DNA from: an uncultured Pelagibacteraceae bacterium
GTDB lineage: Bacteria > Pseudomonadota > Alphaproteobacteria > Pelagibacterales > Pelagibacteraceae
Assembly: GCA_902557215.1 (NCBI GenBank)
Contig: CACDZM010000004.1
Coordinates: forward strand, 8,831-72,830
Direction: 5' to 3'
Length of the DNA stretch: 64,000 nucleotides
The position numbers and the translations under genes were made by a program. The notes beneath the pieces were generated by a model. That model was not told the origin of the DNA. It did not search any database and worked only from the letters and a program-made list of their open reading frames with translations. Within the stretch, counting starts at the first letter, position 1. The number at the start of each line of letters is the position of its first letter. Below, piece after piece: positions 39,681 through 48,496 of this stretch.

Positions 39681-41135
39681 TTAAGTTCCACAAAAAGTTT
39701 GATATTTTTCTTTTTGATCAGAAGGTAATTGATATTCAATAATTTTTTGGTTTTGAAGATAAGGTTTAGATAATATGTCTATTAATTTTTTTAATGGTTG
39801 AAAATCATTCTGGTTTGCTACATCAATTACCTCCTCAACTTTATGATTACGTGGAATTACTTGTGGGTTGACGCTTTTCATTAGTTGTAAGTATTTTTCG
39901 GGTGAATTATTATTCAATTTCTGTCTATTTTTCCATCTTTCCATCCAATTTAGAAATTTTTTATCTTCATAATATTTTTTTAACTCAATTTTTTCACCCA
40001 TTAAATAACAAAAAGTATTGGTGTAATCAGCTTTGACTTCATGCATCCAAGTTAGTAGATCTAAAATTAAAGATTGGTCATTTTTTTCATCTCCAAATAA
40101 TCCGAGCTTATCTCTCATCATATTAAGCCATTTTTCCTCATATTTTTTTTCAAATGAATTTATGATTTCTGTAGCTATTTTAATTGCATTATTTTGATCT
40201 TTATCAATTAAAGGTATAAGACATTCGGCAAACCTTGCTAGATTCCATTTTGTGATAACAGGCTGGTTGCAGTATGCGTATCTACCAGTTCTATCAATTG
40301 AACTAAAAACAGTCTTAGGATCATAAATATCCATGAAAGCACATGGTCCATAATCTATTGTCTCACCCGAAATACTCATATTGTCAGTATTCATCACCCC
40401 ATGAATAAAACCAACTCTCATCCAGTGTACAACTAAATCAACTTGTTTTTCTAAAACGATTTTAAGAAGTTCTATTGATTTATTATCAGCTCCATCAATA
40501 TTTGGATAATGCCTTTTAATAACGTGCTCTAAAAGCATTTTAAGTTCATCCTCATTTTTCCTCGCAGCAATATATTGAAAAGTACCTACTCTAATATGGC
40601 TTGATGCCACTCTTGTGAGGATAGCGCCTATTAATTCAGTATCTCTCATTACGCTTTCACCGGTCTTTACTACTGCTAAACTCCTTGTAGTTGGTATATT
40701 TAGGTGATGCATCGACTCGCTAATAATGTATTCTCTTAACATTGGACCTAAAGCTGCCCTGCCATCACCGTTTCTTGAAAAAGCAGTTTTACCTGAACCC
40801 TTAAATTGAATATCATACCTTTTTTTATTTTTAGATAGATGTTCGCCAATTAAAACTGCTCTTCCATCGCCAAGCATTGTGAAATGACCAAATTGATGTC
40901 CAGCATAAGCTTGAGCAATTGAGTTGCTATTTTTGGGCAATAAATTTCCAGAAAATAATGCTGATAACTCCTCATTTTTGATATTTGAAAAATCTAAGTC
41001 TATGTTCTTTGCTAAATCTTTATTAAATAAAACTAATTCAGGTTTTTTTACTTTTACTGGATCAATCGTTTCTTTAAATGAGTCTGGTAGTCTAGAGTAA
41101 GAATTATCAAAATTCCAATTTAAACCATTTTTCAT
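39681..41135 (-). CDS. selO: Protein adenylyltransferase SelO/YdiU
   Basis: AYAGHQFG, LGDGRA, KGSG.T.FSR.GDGRA, GFIHGVMNTDN, IDYGP, C-terminal TFCGT. Confidence 0.96.
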   Translation of the reverse strand: MKNGLNWNFDNSYSRLPDSFKETIDPVKVKKPELVLFNKDLAKNIDLDFSNIKNEELSALFSGNLLPKNSNSIAQAYAGHQFGHFTMLGDGRAVLIGEHLSKNKKRYDIQFKGSGKTAFSRNGDGRAALGPMLREYIISESMHHLNIPTTRSLAVVKTGESVMRDTELIGAILTRVASSHIRVGTFQYIAARKNEDELKMLLEHVIKRHYPNIDGADNKSIELLKIVLEKQVDLVVHWMRVGFIHGVMNTDNMSISGETIDYGPCAFMDIYDPKTVFSSIDRTGRYAYCNQPVITKWNLARFAECLIPLIDKDQNNAIKIATEIINSFEKKYEEKWLNMMRDKLGLFGDEKNDQSLILDLLTWMHEVKADYTNTFCYLMGEKIELKKYYEDKKFLNWMERWKNRQKLNNNSPEKYLQLMKSVNPQVIPRNHKVEEVIDVANQNDFQPLKKLIDILSKPYLQNQKIIEYQLPSDQKEKYQTFCGT

Positions 41136-41141
41136 AAAAAA

Positions 41142-41717
41142 CTATTTACTCCAAATTCTTTTTAAAATCTCTTCTCTTCTACATGCCTTTTTATAAGCTA
41201 CATAATTTAATAAATATTCTTTATAATAATTTTGATGACGAGTTTCTGCCATAAAAAACTTTTCAAATTTTCTAACATAAGTGACAACTTTTTTATTAAA
41301 TTTTTTTTCGAGTTTAAGTATACTTTTCTCAATCAAATTCTTTTCACTACTATTTTGATAAAAAGCAACTGACCTGTAGCTATATCCTTTATCACAAAAT
41401 TGTCCGTAGGCATCAAAAGGATCTATATTTATCCAAAAGTTATCTAGCAATTCTTCATATGAAATAATTTCCTTGTCGTAAATAATTTCAACAACCTCAA
41501 AATGCCCAGTATTACCGTAAGTTACTTCTTTATAAGTAGGATTTTCAGTGGTACCACCTGAATAACCAGAAAAAACCTCCTCTACACCATTAAGTTTTTC
41601 AAAAGACTCTTCAACACACCAGAAACAACCACCCGCAAAATAGGCTCTTTCTTTTTGATCGGCTAAAGAAGAAAAAATAAAAAAGAAGCTAATGATTAAA
41701 AAAACAAACAATCGCAT
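41142..41717 (-). CDS. msrA: Peptide methionine sulfoxide reductase MsrA with signal peptide
   Basis: FAGGCFWC, GYSGG..NPTY.EV, GQFCDKG..YRS, AE..HQNYY; hydrophobic N-terminus. Confidence 0.95.
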   Translation of the reverse strand: MRLFVFLIISFFFIFSSLADQKERAYFAGGCFWCVEESFEKLNGVEEVFSGYSGGTTENPTYKEVTYGNTGHFEVVEIIYDKEIISYEELLDNFWINIDPFDAYGQFCDKGYSYRSVAFYQNSSEKNLIEKSILKLEKKFNKKVVTYVRKFEKFFMAETRHQNYYKEYLLNYVAYKKACRREEILKRIWSK

Positions 41718-41754
41718 AAATTACCATATACAAAAAATTTATGCTAAGTCCATG

Positions 41755-41794
41755 TTATTAAAGGTAGCTAGGTGATGTAGCTTACCTTTAATAA
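41755..41794 (-). terminator. Long hairpin downstream of fdh
   Basis: TTATTAAAGGTA-GCTA-GGTGATG-TAGC-T-TACCTTTAATAA, 12 nt past the fdh stop. Confidence 0.65.
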
Positions 41795-41806
41795 TGTGAA
41801 AAGAAT

Positions 41807-43006
41807 TTATTTTTTCTTATATTTAGCTGCTTCTTCTGAACCACCAGTTGCAGAACCTTTACTGTAAGAGTGAGCTCCCATACCTGCAAGCTGACCATCC
41901 TTTACAATAAGATATTGATTTCTAATTTCTTTACCATCGAAGAAACATTCCAATATTTCTCTAACACCATCTGCATATCTTGATTGCGCTGTTAAAGATG
42001 TACCAGAAGTATGAGGTGTCATACCATGATTGGGCATGCTTCTCCATACGTGATCATTTGGTGCTGGTTGAGGAAACCAAACATCTCCTGCATAACCACT
42101 CAACTGACCACTCTTTAGAGCTTTTGCAATTGCATCACGATTACAAATTTTACCTCTAGCGGTGTTTACTATGTAAGCACCTTTTTTCATTTTACTTATC
42201 ATAGCATCGTCAAATAAGTTTTCAGTCTCTGGATGAAGTGGACAATTAATTGTTACTACATCACAAACTTTGACCATAGACTCCACAGTTTCGTGAAATG
42301 TTAAGTTAAGCTCTTTCTCAACACTTTCAGGCAACCTGTGTCTATCAAAATAGTGCAAATGTGTATCAAATGGTTTCATTTTTCTTAAAGCATCTAATCC
42401 GATTCTTCCAGCTGCTACAGTACCAATGTGCATACCTTCAACATCATATGATCTTTGAACGGCATCAGCGATATTCCAGCCACCGTCATTAACAATTCTA
42501 TGTTGATTGTGGTAATCTCTTACCATTGAAACAATCATCATAACAATATGTTCAGCAACAGATCTCGAGTTACAGTAAGTTACTTCAACAACGTCAATTT
42601 TGTTATCCATTGCGGCTTGTAAATCAACGTGATCTGATCCTATACCTGCTGTTATTGCCATTTTTAAATTTTTGGCTTTGGCAATTCTCTCTTTTGTTAA
42701 ATAATAAGGAAAAAATGGCTGAGAAATAACTATATCTGCATCAACTATATGTTTATCTGCTTCACAACCTTCTCCATCTTTACTATTTGTAACAACAAAT
42801 TCATGTCCATTACTTTCTAAAAACTTTCTTAAACCAAGTTCACCCGATACACATCCAAGTAATTGACCTGGTGTGTAATCTCTTCCTTTAGGCGAAGGAA
42901 GGGTCATTCCATCTGGATATTTTTCTATTTTTGGTAGTTCTGATAAAGCGTAGGATTTTGGCATCCCCCCTTTAGGATCATCGTATAATATACACAATAT
43001 TTTCAT
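41807..43006 (-). CDS. fdh: Metal-independent NAD+-dependent formate dehydrogenase
   Basis: LLGCVSGELGLRKFLE, ISQPF, AGIGSDH, AAGRIG, YFDRH, TARG, GDVWFPQPAP, GMTPH, GAHSYSKG..TGGSEEAA as in Pseudomonas/Moraxella-type FDH. Confidence 0.96.
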   Translation of the reverse strand: MKILCILYDDPKGGMPKSYALSELPKIEKYPDGMTLPSPKGRDYTPGQLLGCVSGELGLRKFLESNGHEFVVTNSKDGEGCEADKHIVDADIVISQPFFPYYLTKERIAKAKNLKMAITAGIGSDHVDLQAAMDNKIDVVEVTYCNSRSVAEHIVMMIVSMVRDYHNQHRIVNDGGWNIADAVQRSYDVEGMHIGTVAAGRIGLDALRKMKPFDTHLHYFDRHRLPESVEKELNLTFHETVESMVKVCDVVTINCPLHPETENLFDDAMISKMKKGAYIVNTARGKICNRDAIAKALKSGQLSGYAGDVWFPQPAPNDHVWRSMPNHGMTPHTSGTSLTAQSRYADGVREILECFFDGKEIRNQYLIVKDGQLAGMGAHSYSKGSATGGSEEAAKYKKK

Positions 43007-43080
43007 CTAATCTCCTGTATCTTAAAATGTATTAATTAAAAAACTAATCTAACATAATTTTTAAGCTGCTATCAATTAAA

Positions 43081-43545
43081 TTATTTTAACTTAGGATATT
43101 TTTTTTTTAGTATAAATCGATTGATTATTATACCAAAAATAAGAATTATTATTGAGCCAGTTATGATTGGATTGAAAAGATAATCAATCGAAACACTTCC
43201 CATAATGACTATGATCGGGTTCCCTCCAGCAGGCGGGTGGGTTACATTTAATAATATCATTAAACTTACACCAAAACCCACAGCGACAGGTATAATTAAG
43301 TATAGAGGTAGCGGAACCAGGTATAAAAAAAATAAACCAACTATAGCTGTAAGCAGGTGCCCAAAAAAAATATTTTTAGGTTGCGCAAAGGGGCTTTCGG
43401 GATAACCATATAATAAAACCATTGATGATCCAAACGATGCAATCAAAAAAATACCAAACTCTGTTTTATAAGTCAGAAGAGTTAATATACCTATAGTTAT
43501 AATTGAAAAAAAACCCGCGACAAAAGATTGTTTAATATTATCCAT
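43081..43545 (-). CDS. HPP-family membrane protein
   Basis: ASFGSS.VLLYG.P.SPFAQP.N...GH and THPPAGG motifs. Confidence 0.9.
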   Translation of the reverse strand: MDNIKQSFVAGFFSIITIGILTLLTYKTEFGIFLIASFGSSMVLLYGYPESPFAQPKNIFFGHLLTAIVGLFFLYLVPLPLYLIIPVAVGFGVSLMILLNVTHPPAGGNPIIVIMGSVSIDYLFNPIITGSIIILIFGIIINRFILKKKYPKLK

Positions 43546-43548
43546 AAA

Positions 43549-43947
43549 TTAATTGGATACAATTTTCTTGAGGGTTTTAAAAGGTAATAGGATACATTCT
43601 TTACGTGATAGATTTTTTTTCTTAAATAATTTACCTAAATTTTTCCATTTTCTATTTATTATTTCAAAATCACCCTCAAAGTAAGACCTTGCATCATTAC
43701 ATATTTCATCAACTTTAAGCTTATTTTTATTTATTGAAATTTTTGATAAAAGACTTGCAGATGCTTGGCAATAAACACAGCATTTTCCTTGATAGCCGAA
43801 ATCAACAATTTTATCTTTTTTTATTATTACCTTAATTTGCATTTCATCACCACATAATGAATTTTTTAATTTTGAATTATGAGTATGATTTTCAAGAAAT
43901 TTTTGGTTATTATTTTTTGAAGCAATATGTAATATTTCTAAATCCAT
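43549..43947 (-). CDS. NifU_N/SufU-like Fe-S scaffold protein
   Basis: NSLCGD, GKCCVYCQASAS, RKECILLPF. Confidence 0.8.
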   Translation of the reverse strand: MDLEILHIASKNNNQKFLENHTHNSKLKNSLCGDEMQIKVIIKKDKIVDFGYQGKCCVYCQASASLLSKISINKNKLKVDEICNDARSYFEGDFEIINRKWKNLGKLFKKKNLSRKECILLPFKTLKKIVSN

Positions 43948-44079
43948 TAATTTTTAAGACATAAATTATATGTAATTTAAATAAGATCTTATAATAAGAT
44001 ACATAAATTTCCTAAATTATTTTATACAAAGAATTTAATTTTGTTGTAGTTGGAACTAATAAGAATTAAAAATTGTCAT

Positions 44080-44985
44080 ATGATAGAAATAAAAAATGAT
44101 AAATTAGCAGTACCAGTTGTGTTATTTGCAGGAATTCTTTGGTCGTTTGGACCACTAGTTGTTAGATACATGGATCAACCAGAATTAGTACCTTGGCAGT
44201 ATATTTTTGGAAGAGGATTAACAATCTTTATAATTTTAAATCTTTACTTATTTTTTGAAGAAGGAATAGCGTTTTATAAAAATTACCTAAAAATTGGTGT
44301 ATCAGGTATTATAGGTGGAGTAGGGCTAGGTATTGCGATGATTAGTTTTATCTACTCAATTACTAATACTTCTGTTGCTATAACATTATTATGTCTAGCT
44401 GCAATGCCTTTTTTTACGGCTTTATTAGGTTTTCTTTTTTTGAGAGAGAGAATAAGCGTGAATGTTTGGATTGCTATAATTCTTGCAACTGTTGGAATAA
44501 TAATTATTGCATTAGGTAATACTGGAAAAGCATCTTTATTGGGGTTTGTATTTGGGATGACATCATCAATAGGTTTTTCAATATTTTCCGTTACTTTACG
44601 ATGGAGAAAAGAGACACCTAAATTTACTACTGTTGCTGTTTCTGGACTTTTCTGTTTTGTTATTGCCTCAATATTTATCTTGAGTAAGGATCAATTATTT
44701 TTTTCTACAAGCTACAACGGTACTTTATTTTCATTACATGGAGTATTAGTTTGCTTTGGATTAATATTATATTCTATTGGCTCTAGAGCTATCCCAGCAG
44801 CTGAATTAACTTTATTATCTTTAACTGAAGTTATTGGAGGAATTTTTTGGGTGTGGTTACCAATTTTTGGTATAAATGAAATCCCATCTACAAATACAAT
44901 AATTGGTGGGTTTTTTCTTTTTATATCTATCACTTATTACAGTTTGGTCATGAGGACTAATAGAAGATTTATAGCGCTGAATTAA
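44080..44985 (+). CDS. DMT/EamA-family transporter
   Basis: About 10 TM segments, FLFLRER and EVIGGIFWVW...E.P; ATG 44080 preferred over TTG 44050. Confidence 0.87.
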   Translation: MIEIKNDKLAVPVVLFAGILWSFGPLVVRYMDQPELVPWQYIFGRGLTIFIILNLYLFFEEGIAFYKNYLKIGVSGIIGGVGLGIAMISFIYSITNTSVAITLLCLAAMPFFTALLGFLFLRERISVNVWIAIILATVGIIIIALGNTGKASLLGFVFGMTSSIGFSIFSVTLRWRKETPKFTTVAVSGLFCFVIASIFILSKDQLFFSTSYNGTLFSLHGVLVCFGLILYSIGSRAIPAAELTLLSLTEVIGGIFWVWLPIFGINEIPSTNTIIGGFFLFISITYYSLVMRTNRRFIALN

Positions 44986-44997
44986 GAAGTAGTTTTA

Positions 44998-46113
44998 ATG
45001 ATTAAAGAAAAAAAAATTGTCAATAGTTGGAATGAATGGGATCCACTTAAGCATGTAATAGTTGGTAGAGCAGATGGATGCTGTATACCAGCTCCAGAAC
45101 CAGCATTAGATGCAAAAGTACCTGAAGACTCAGACATGAAGGGTGAATATGGTCCTCGCAGAAAAGAAACTGTAGCTAGAGCCAATGAATTATTAGACAA
45201 CTTTGCATCAATTTTAGAAAAAAGAGATATAAAAGTTGATAGACCAATTCCGATAAATCATAATCAAAAAATATCTACTCCTGACTGGGAAGTTAAAAGT
45301 ATGTTTGGATGTATGCCTGCTAGAGATATAATTTTGACTGTAGGAAATGAGATGTTGGAGGCCACTATGAGTTATAGATGCAGATGGTTTGAATATTTAA
45401 ATTATAGACCTTTGATTCAAAAATATTTCAATGAGGATAGAAATATGAAACATGAAAGTGCGCCTAAACCAAGGCTAACAGATGCTGACTATAGAAAGGA
45501 TTACTTATCTGATAAAATAGGTGTTCAAAAAAGGTTAGATTGGACTGAAAAGAAATATTTTGTTACCACAGAGGAAGAACCTCTTTTTGATGCAGCTGAT
45601 ATTTTGCGTTTTGGAAAAGACTTAGTTGTACAACACGGTTTCACCACAAATTTGAAAGGAATAGAATGGTTAAAAAGACATTTCACAAATCACAGAATAC
45701 ATACTGTAAATTTTCCTGGTGATCCTTATCCGATTCATATTGATGCAACATTTGCGCCAATTAAAGAGGGAATTATAATTAATAATCCTCAAAGACGATT
45801 ACCTAAAGAACAAAGAAAGTTATTTGAGAATAATGGTTGGCAAATCATTGATGCTGCTCAACCAGCTCATAATGAACCACCACCATTATGTTATTCATCT
45901 GTTTGGCTCTCTATGAATGTTTTAGTTTTAAATCCTAAAACGGTATGTGTTGAAAAAAGTGAAAAATATCAAGCAGAACAACTTGATAAGTTAGGAATGG
46001 AAGTAATCCCTGTTGACTTGAGAGACGCTTATGCTTTTGGAGGAGGCCTACACTGTTGCACCGCAGATGTATTTAGAGAAGGAGAGCTTAAAGATTATTT
46101 TCCTAAACAATAA
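44998..46113 (+). CDS. Amidinotransferase (L-arginine:glycine amidinotransferase / StrB1-like)
   Basis: VNSWNEWDPLKHVIVGR, MPARD, SAPKP, EEPLFDAAD (Asp), PIHIDAT (His), WLSMN, GGGLHCCT.D (Cys). Confidence 0.9.
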   Translation: MIKEKKIVNSWNEWDPLKHVIVGRADGCCIPAPEPALDAKVPEDSDMKGEYGPRRKETVARANELLDNFASILEKRDIKVDRPIPINHNQKISTPDWEVKSMFGCMPARDIILTVGNEMLEATMSYRCRWFEYLNYRPLIQKYFNEDRNMKHESAPKPRLTDADYRKDYLSDKIGVQKRLDWTEKKYFVTTEEEPLFDAADILRFGKDLVVQHGFTTNLKGIEWLKRHFTNHRIHTVNFPGDPYPIHIDATFAPIKEGIIINNPQRRLPKEQRKLFENNGWQIIDAAQPAHNEPPPLCYSSVWLSMNVLVLNPKTVCVEKSEKYQAEQLDKLGMEVIPVDLRDAYAFGGGLHCCTADVFREGELKDYFPKQ

Positions 46114-46181
46114 CTTTGATAATTTTTAACAATTTAAATTATTATAAATTTGGCTAATTTAAGCTCTAAGCATTGATTTAC

Positions 46182-46970
46182 TTAATTTTTCTTCGTTTTA
46201 TCAATATCTAAATTATCTAACGCTCTAGTAAGTTCTTTTTGCTTAATTTTTTCTGTATTAATTGATCGATTTTTTAATCCGTAATCAATCGAATTCTTTT
46301 GATTTTCTAATTCATCAAATTTTCTCATTTTTTCTAATTCAATTTCTCTTAATCTTTGATCTCTTAAAATTTCTCTTTGTTCTTTTAATTTCTTATCTCT
46401 ATCAAATTTTTCTTCCCATTCTTTTATTTTTATGTATTCAAGCTCTTTTTTTCTGTCCTCTTCCATTTTTAAAATTTTTATCTCTTTTGCCTTTTTTCTC
46501 TGCTCTTTAAGCTCCTTTTGTCTTTGCTCTTCCTCTCTTGCTTTAAGATCTATATCTTTTCTATTTTGTTCTTCTTGACGAAGATCCAATTCTTTTTCTC
46601 TAATTGTTAATTGCTTAGCAACTTGAATTAAGTGCTCATCTTTTTTTACTAATCTTTCTGCCTCTATTTTTTGTTTTTCCTCTAATGAGTTTATCTTTTT
46701 TTCTCTTATCTTAAAATCCTCCTCATGCATTTTAATTTTATTACTTTCTTTATTAAGTTTTTCTTCCCAATTTTTAAGATCTTTTTTTTCTTTTAAAATT
46801 TCATTTTTTTCTTCTAATTTCTGTAACTTGATTAACTTTATTTTTTGAAGCTCTTTATTCTTTTTATAATTTGCGAATGCTTTACCAATTGATTTTGTAG
46901 TTAGACTTGCAATTTTTCCAAGACCATTGCTTTTAGAAGTTTTTTTTGTTTTAATTTTTTTTCGAGGCAT
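46182..46970 (-). CDS. Lys/Glu-rich coiled-coil protein of unknown function
   Basis: Long charged low-complexity helix, basic N-terminus, no catalytic motif seen. Confidence 0.7.
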   Translation of the reverse strand: MPRKKIKTKKTSKSNGLGKIASLTTKSIGKAFANYKKNKELQKIKLIKLQKLEEKNEILKEKKDLKNWEEKLNKESNKIKMHEEDFKIREKKINSLEEKQKIEAERLVKKDEHLIQVAKQLTIREKELDLRQEEQNRKDIDLKAREEEQRQKELKEQRKKAKEIKILKMEEDRKKELEYIKIKEWEEKFDRDKKLKEQREILRDQRLREIELEKMRKFDELENQKNSIDYGLKNRSINTEKIKQKELTRALDNLDIDKTKKN

Positions 46971-47095
46971 TTTTTTTAAAGTTTATTTCACTAAATATAA
47001 AATATTTTTCAATATAAATTTTGTTTTAACAGTCATACTTGTTTACAGTAGATTCAACCTGAAAGTGTTATTTGAATAACTAAAAGTGTTACTGT

Positions 47096-48439
47096 CTAAA
47101 TTTTTTCGGTATCTTTATCTCTTTTTTTATACTCAACACCTTTTCTCTCCAATATTTCTTTTACTTTATCAGAATAAGGCTCCTCAATGTGTTCTGTGGT
47201 AGGATTAAGCTCTATTCCAGCAGGTGTAATTGTCTGAGGCATTGCGACAAACTGAGAGTCTGGATTTTCTGCAGTTGGTCTTATTTTCATTCTATAAATT
47301 CCAAATACTCCAATTATCGTGTGAAAGAAAAATAAAAAAATAAAAAAACCATTTGGACCAACTATATCCATAAATATAGAACACAAAAAAGGGCCACTTA
47401 TTGCACCTAAACCAAAAACAAATTGTAGACCAGCTCCTGCAGCTACAAATTTATCTTTAGAAATATAATCATTTGTATGTGCTAAAATTAATGAAAACAT
47501 TGGCAAACTACAAAATGAAAAAATGATAAACGAAATATAAAACCAAGTTTTGCTAGTTGCTAATCCACCAGGTAGGTACATTTGCCTAGAAACAATTATA
47601 CATATTATTGCAAATATAGCAGCACCAAATGTACTCATAATGATAACTTTTCTTCTGTCGTAGAAGTCTGAAACTTTACCTATAGGAAATTGTGCAATTG
47701 CACCGGAAATTGCTAATAGAAATGTAACTATTGATATTTCTAATATGATGAAATTCATCGAAGTTGCATACACTGCTAGAAGAGTAAAAACAGCAGATTG
47801 AATTGTTCCATAAAAAAAAGAACTTACTATTCCAAAAGGGGATGCTTCATATAGATTTTTCAAAGACATTGCTTTAATTTTTTTAAAAGTAGGAGGTTTT
47901 TGTTTTGTTAACAATATTGGCAATAAAGCAGCAGATGTTATTACAGAAATTAAAATAAATGGTTGAAAGTTTTTAGGGCTATTAAAATTGAGCAAAAACA
48001 TACCAACGCCAATCGATCCATAAAGTATAACCATATATATTGAAAGTACACTTCCTCTATTTTTATTACTTGATCTATCATTTAACCAGCTCTCTGCGAC
48101 TGTATAGATACACACCATACTTATTCCTGTTAAGACTCTTAATAAAAACCATATGAATGGATTTACAAGAACCGAGTGAACAAGAATAACTAAAGAGGCT
48201 AAAGATGCAAAAGCTGCAAAAACTCTTATGTGACCTACTTTTGAGATGATACTTGGAATAGTTGCAGCACCTATAAAATAACCGACAAAATATCCTGACA
48301 TCATGAAGCCGGTTGAGGTTAAACTGAACTCCTCTTGAACTGCTCTAACTCCAAGAAGAGATCCCTGAAAACCATAGGCCATCATTATAAAACCCATTCC
48401 AAGAAATAGTGCCCACGAGTTTTTTAAAACTTTATTCAT
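47096..48439 (-). CDS. MFS transporter (YcaD-like)
   Basis: 12 TM pattern, VGHIRVFAAFAS, ESWLN...NRG, QFPIGKVSD..DRR, AHTND. Confidence 0.9.
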   Translation of the reverse strand: MNKVLKNSWALFLGMGFIMMAYGFQGSLLGVRAVQEEFSLTSTGFMMSGYFVGYFIGAATIPSIISKVGHIRVFAAFASLASLVILVHSVLVNPFIWFLLRVLTGISMVCIYTVAESWLNDRSSNKNRGSVLSIYMVILYGSIGVGMFLLNFNSPKNFQPFILISVITSAALLPILLTKQKPPTFKKIKAMSLKNLYEASPFGIVSSFFYGTIQSAVFTLLAVYATSMNFIILEISIVTFLLAISGAIAQFPIGKVSDFYDRRKVIIMSTFGAAIFAIICIIVSRQMYLPGGLATSKTWFYISFIIFSFCSLPMFSLILAHTNDYISKDKFVAAGAGLQFVFGLGAISGPFLCSIFMDIVGPNGFFIFLFFFHTIIGVFGIYRMKIRPTAENPDSQFVAMPQTITPAGIELNPTTEHIEEPYSDKVKEILERKGVEYKKRDKDTEKI

Positions 48440-48496
48440 AAATTTGGTGTAGTTATTCGCGATGTATTATTAAATCAAGTCTTAATTGTGACAAGC

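Noticed and set aside
39681-39700. Selenocysteine in SelO
   Set aside because: C-terminus reads TFCGT-TAA with a TGT Cys codon; no in-frame TGA.
43040-44010. dif-like half sites (ATCTAACATAA at 43047, TTAAGACATAA near 43954) close to where gene orientation shifts toward the minus strand
   Set aside because: No matching XerC arm at 6 bp spacing; cannot support a dif site.
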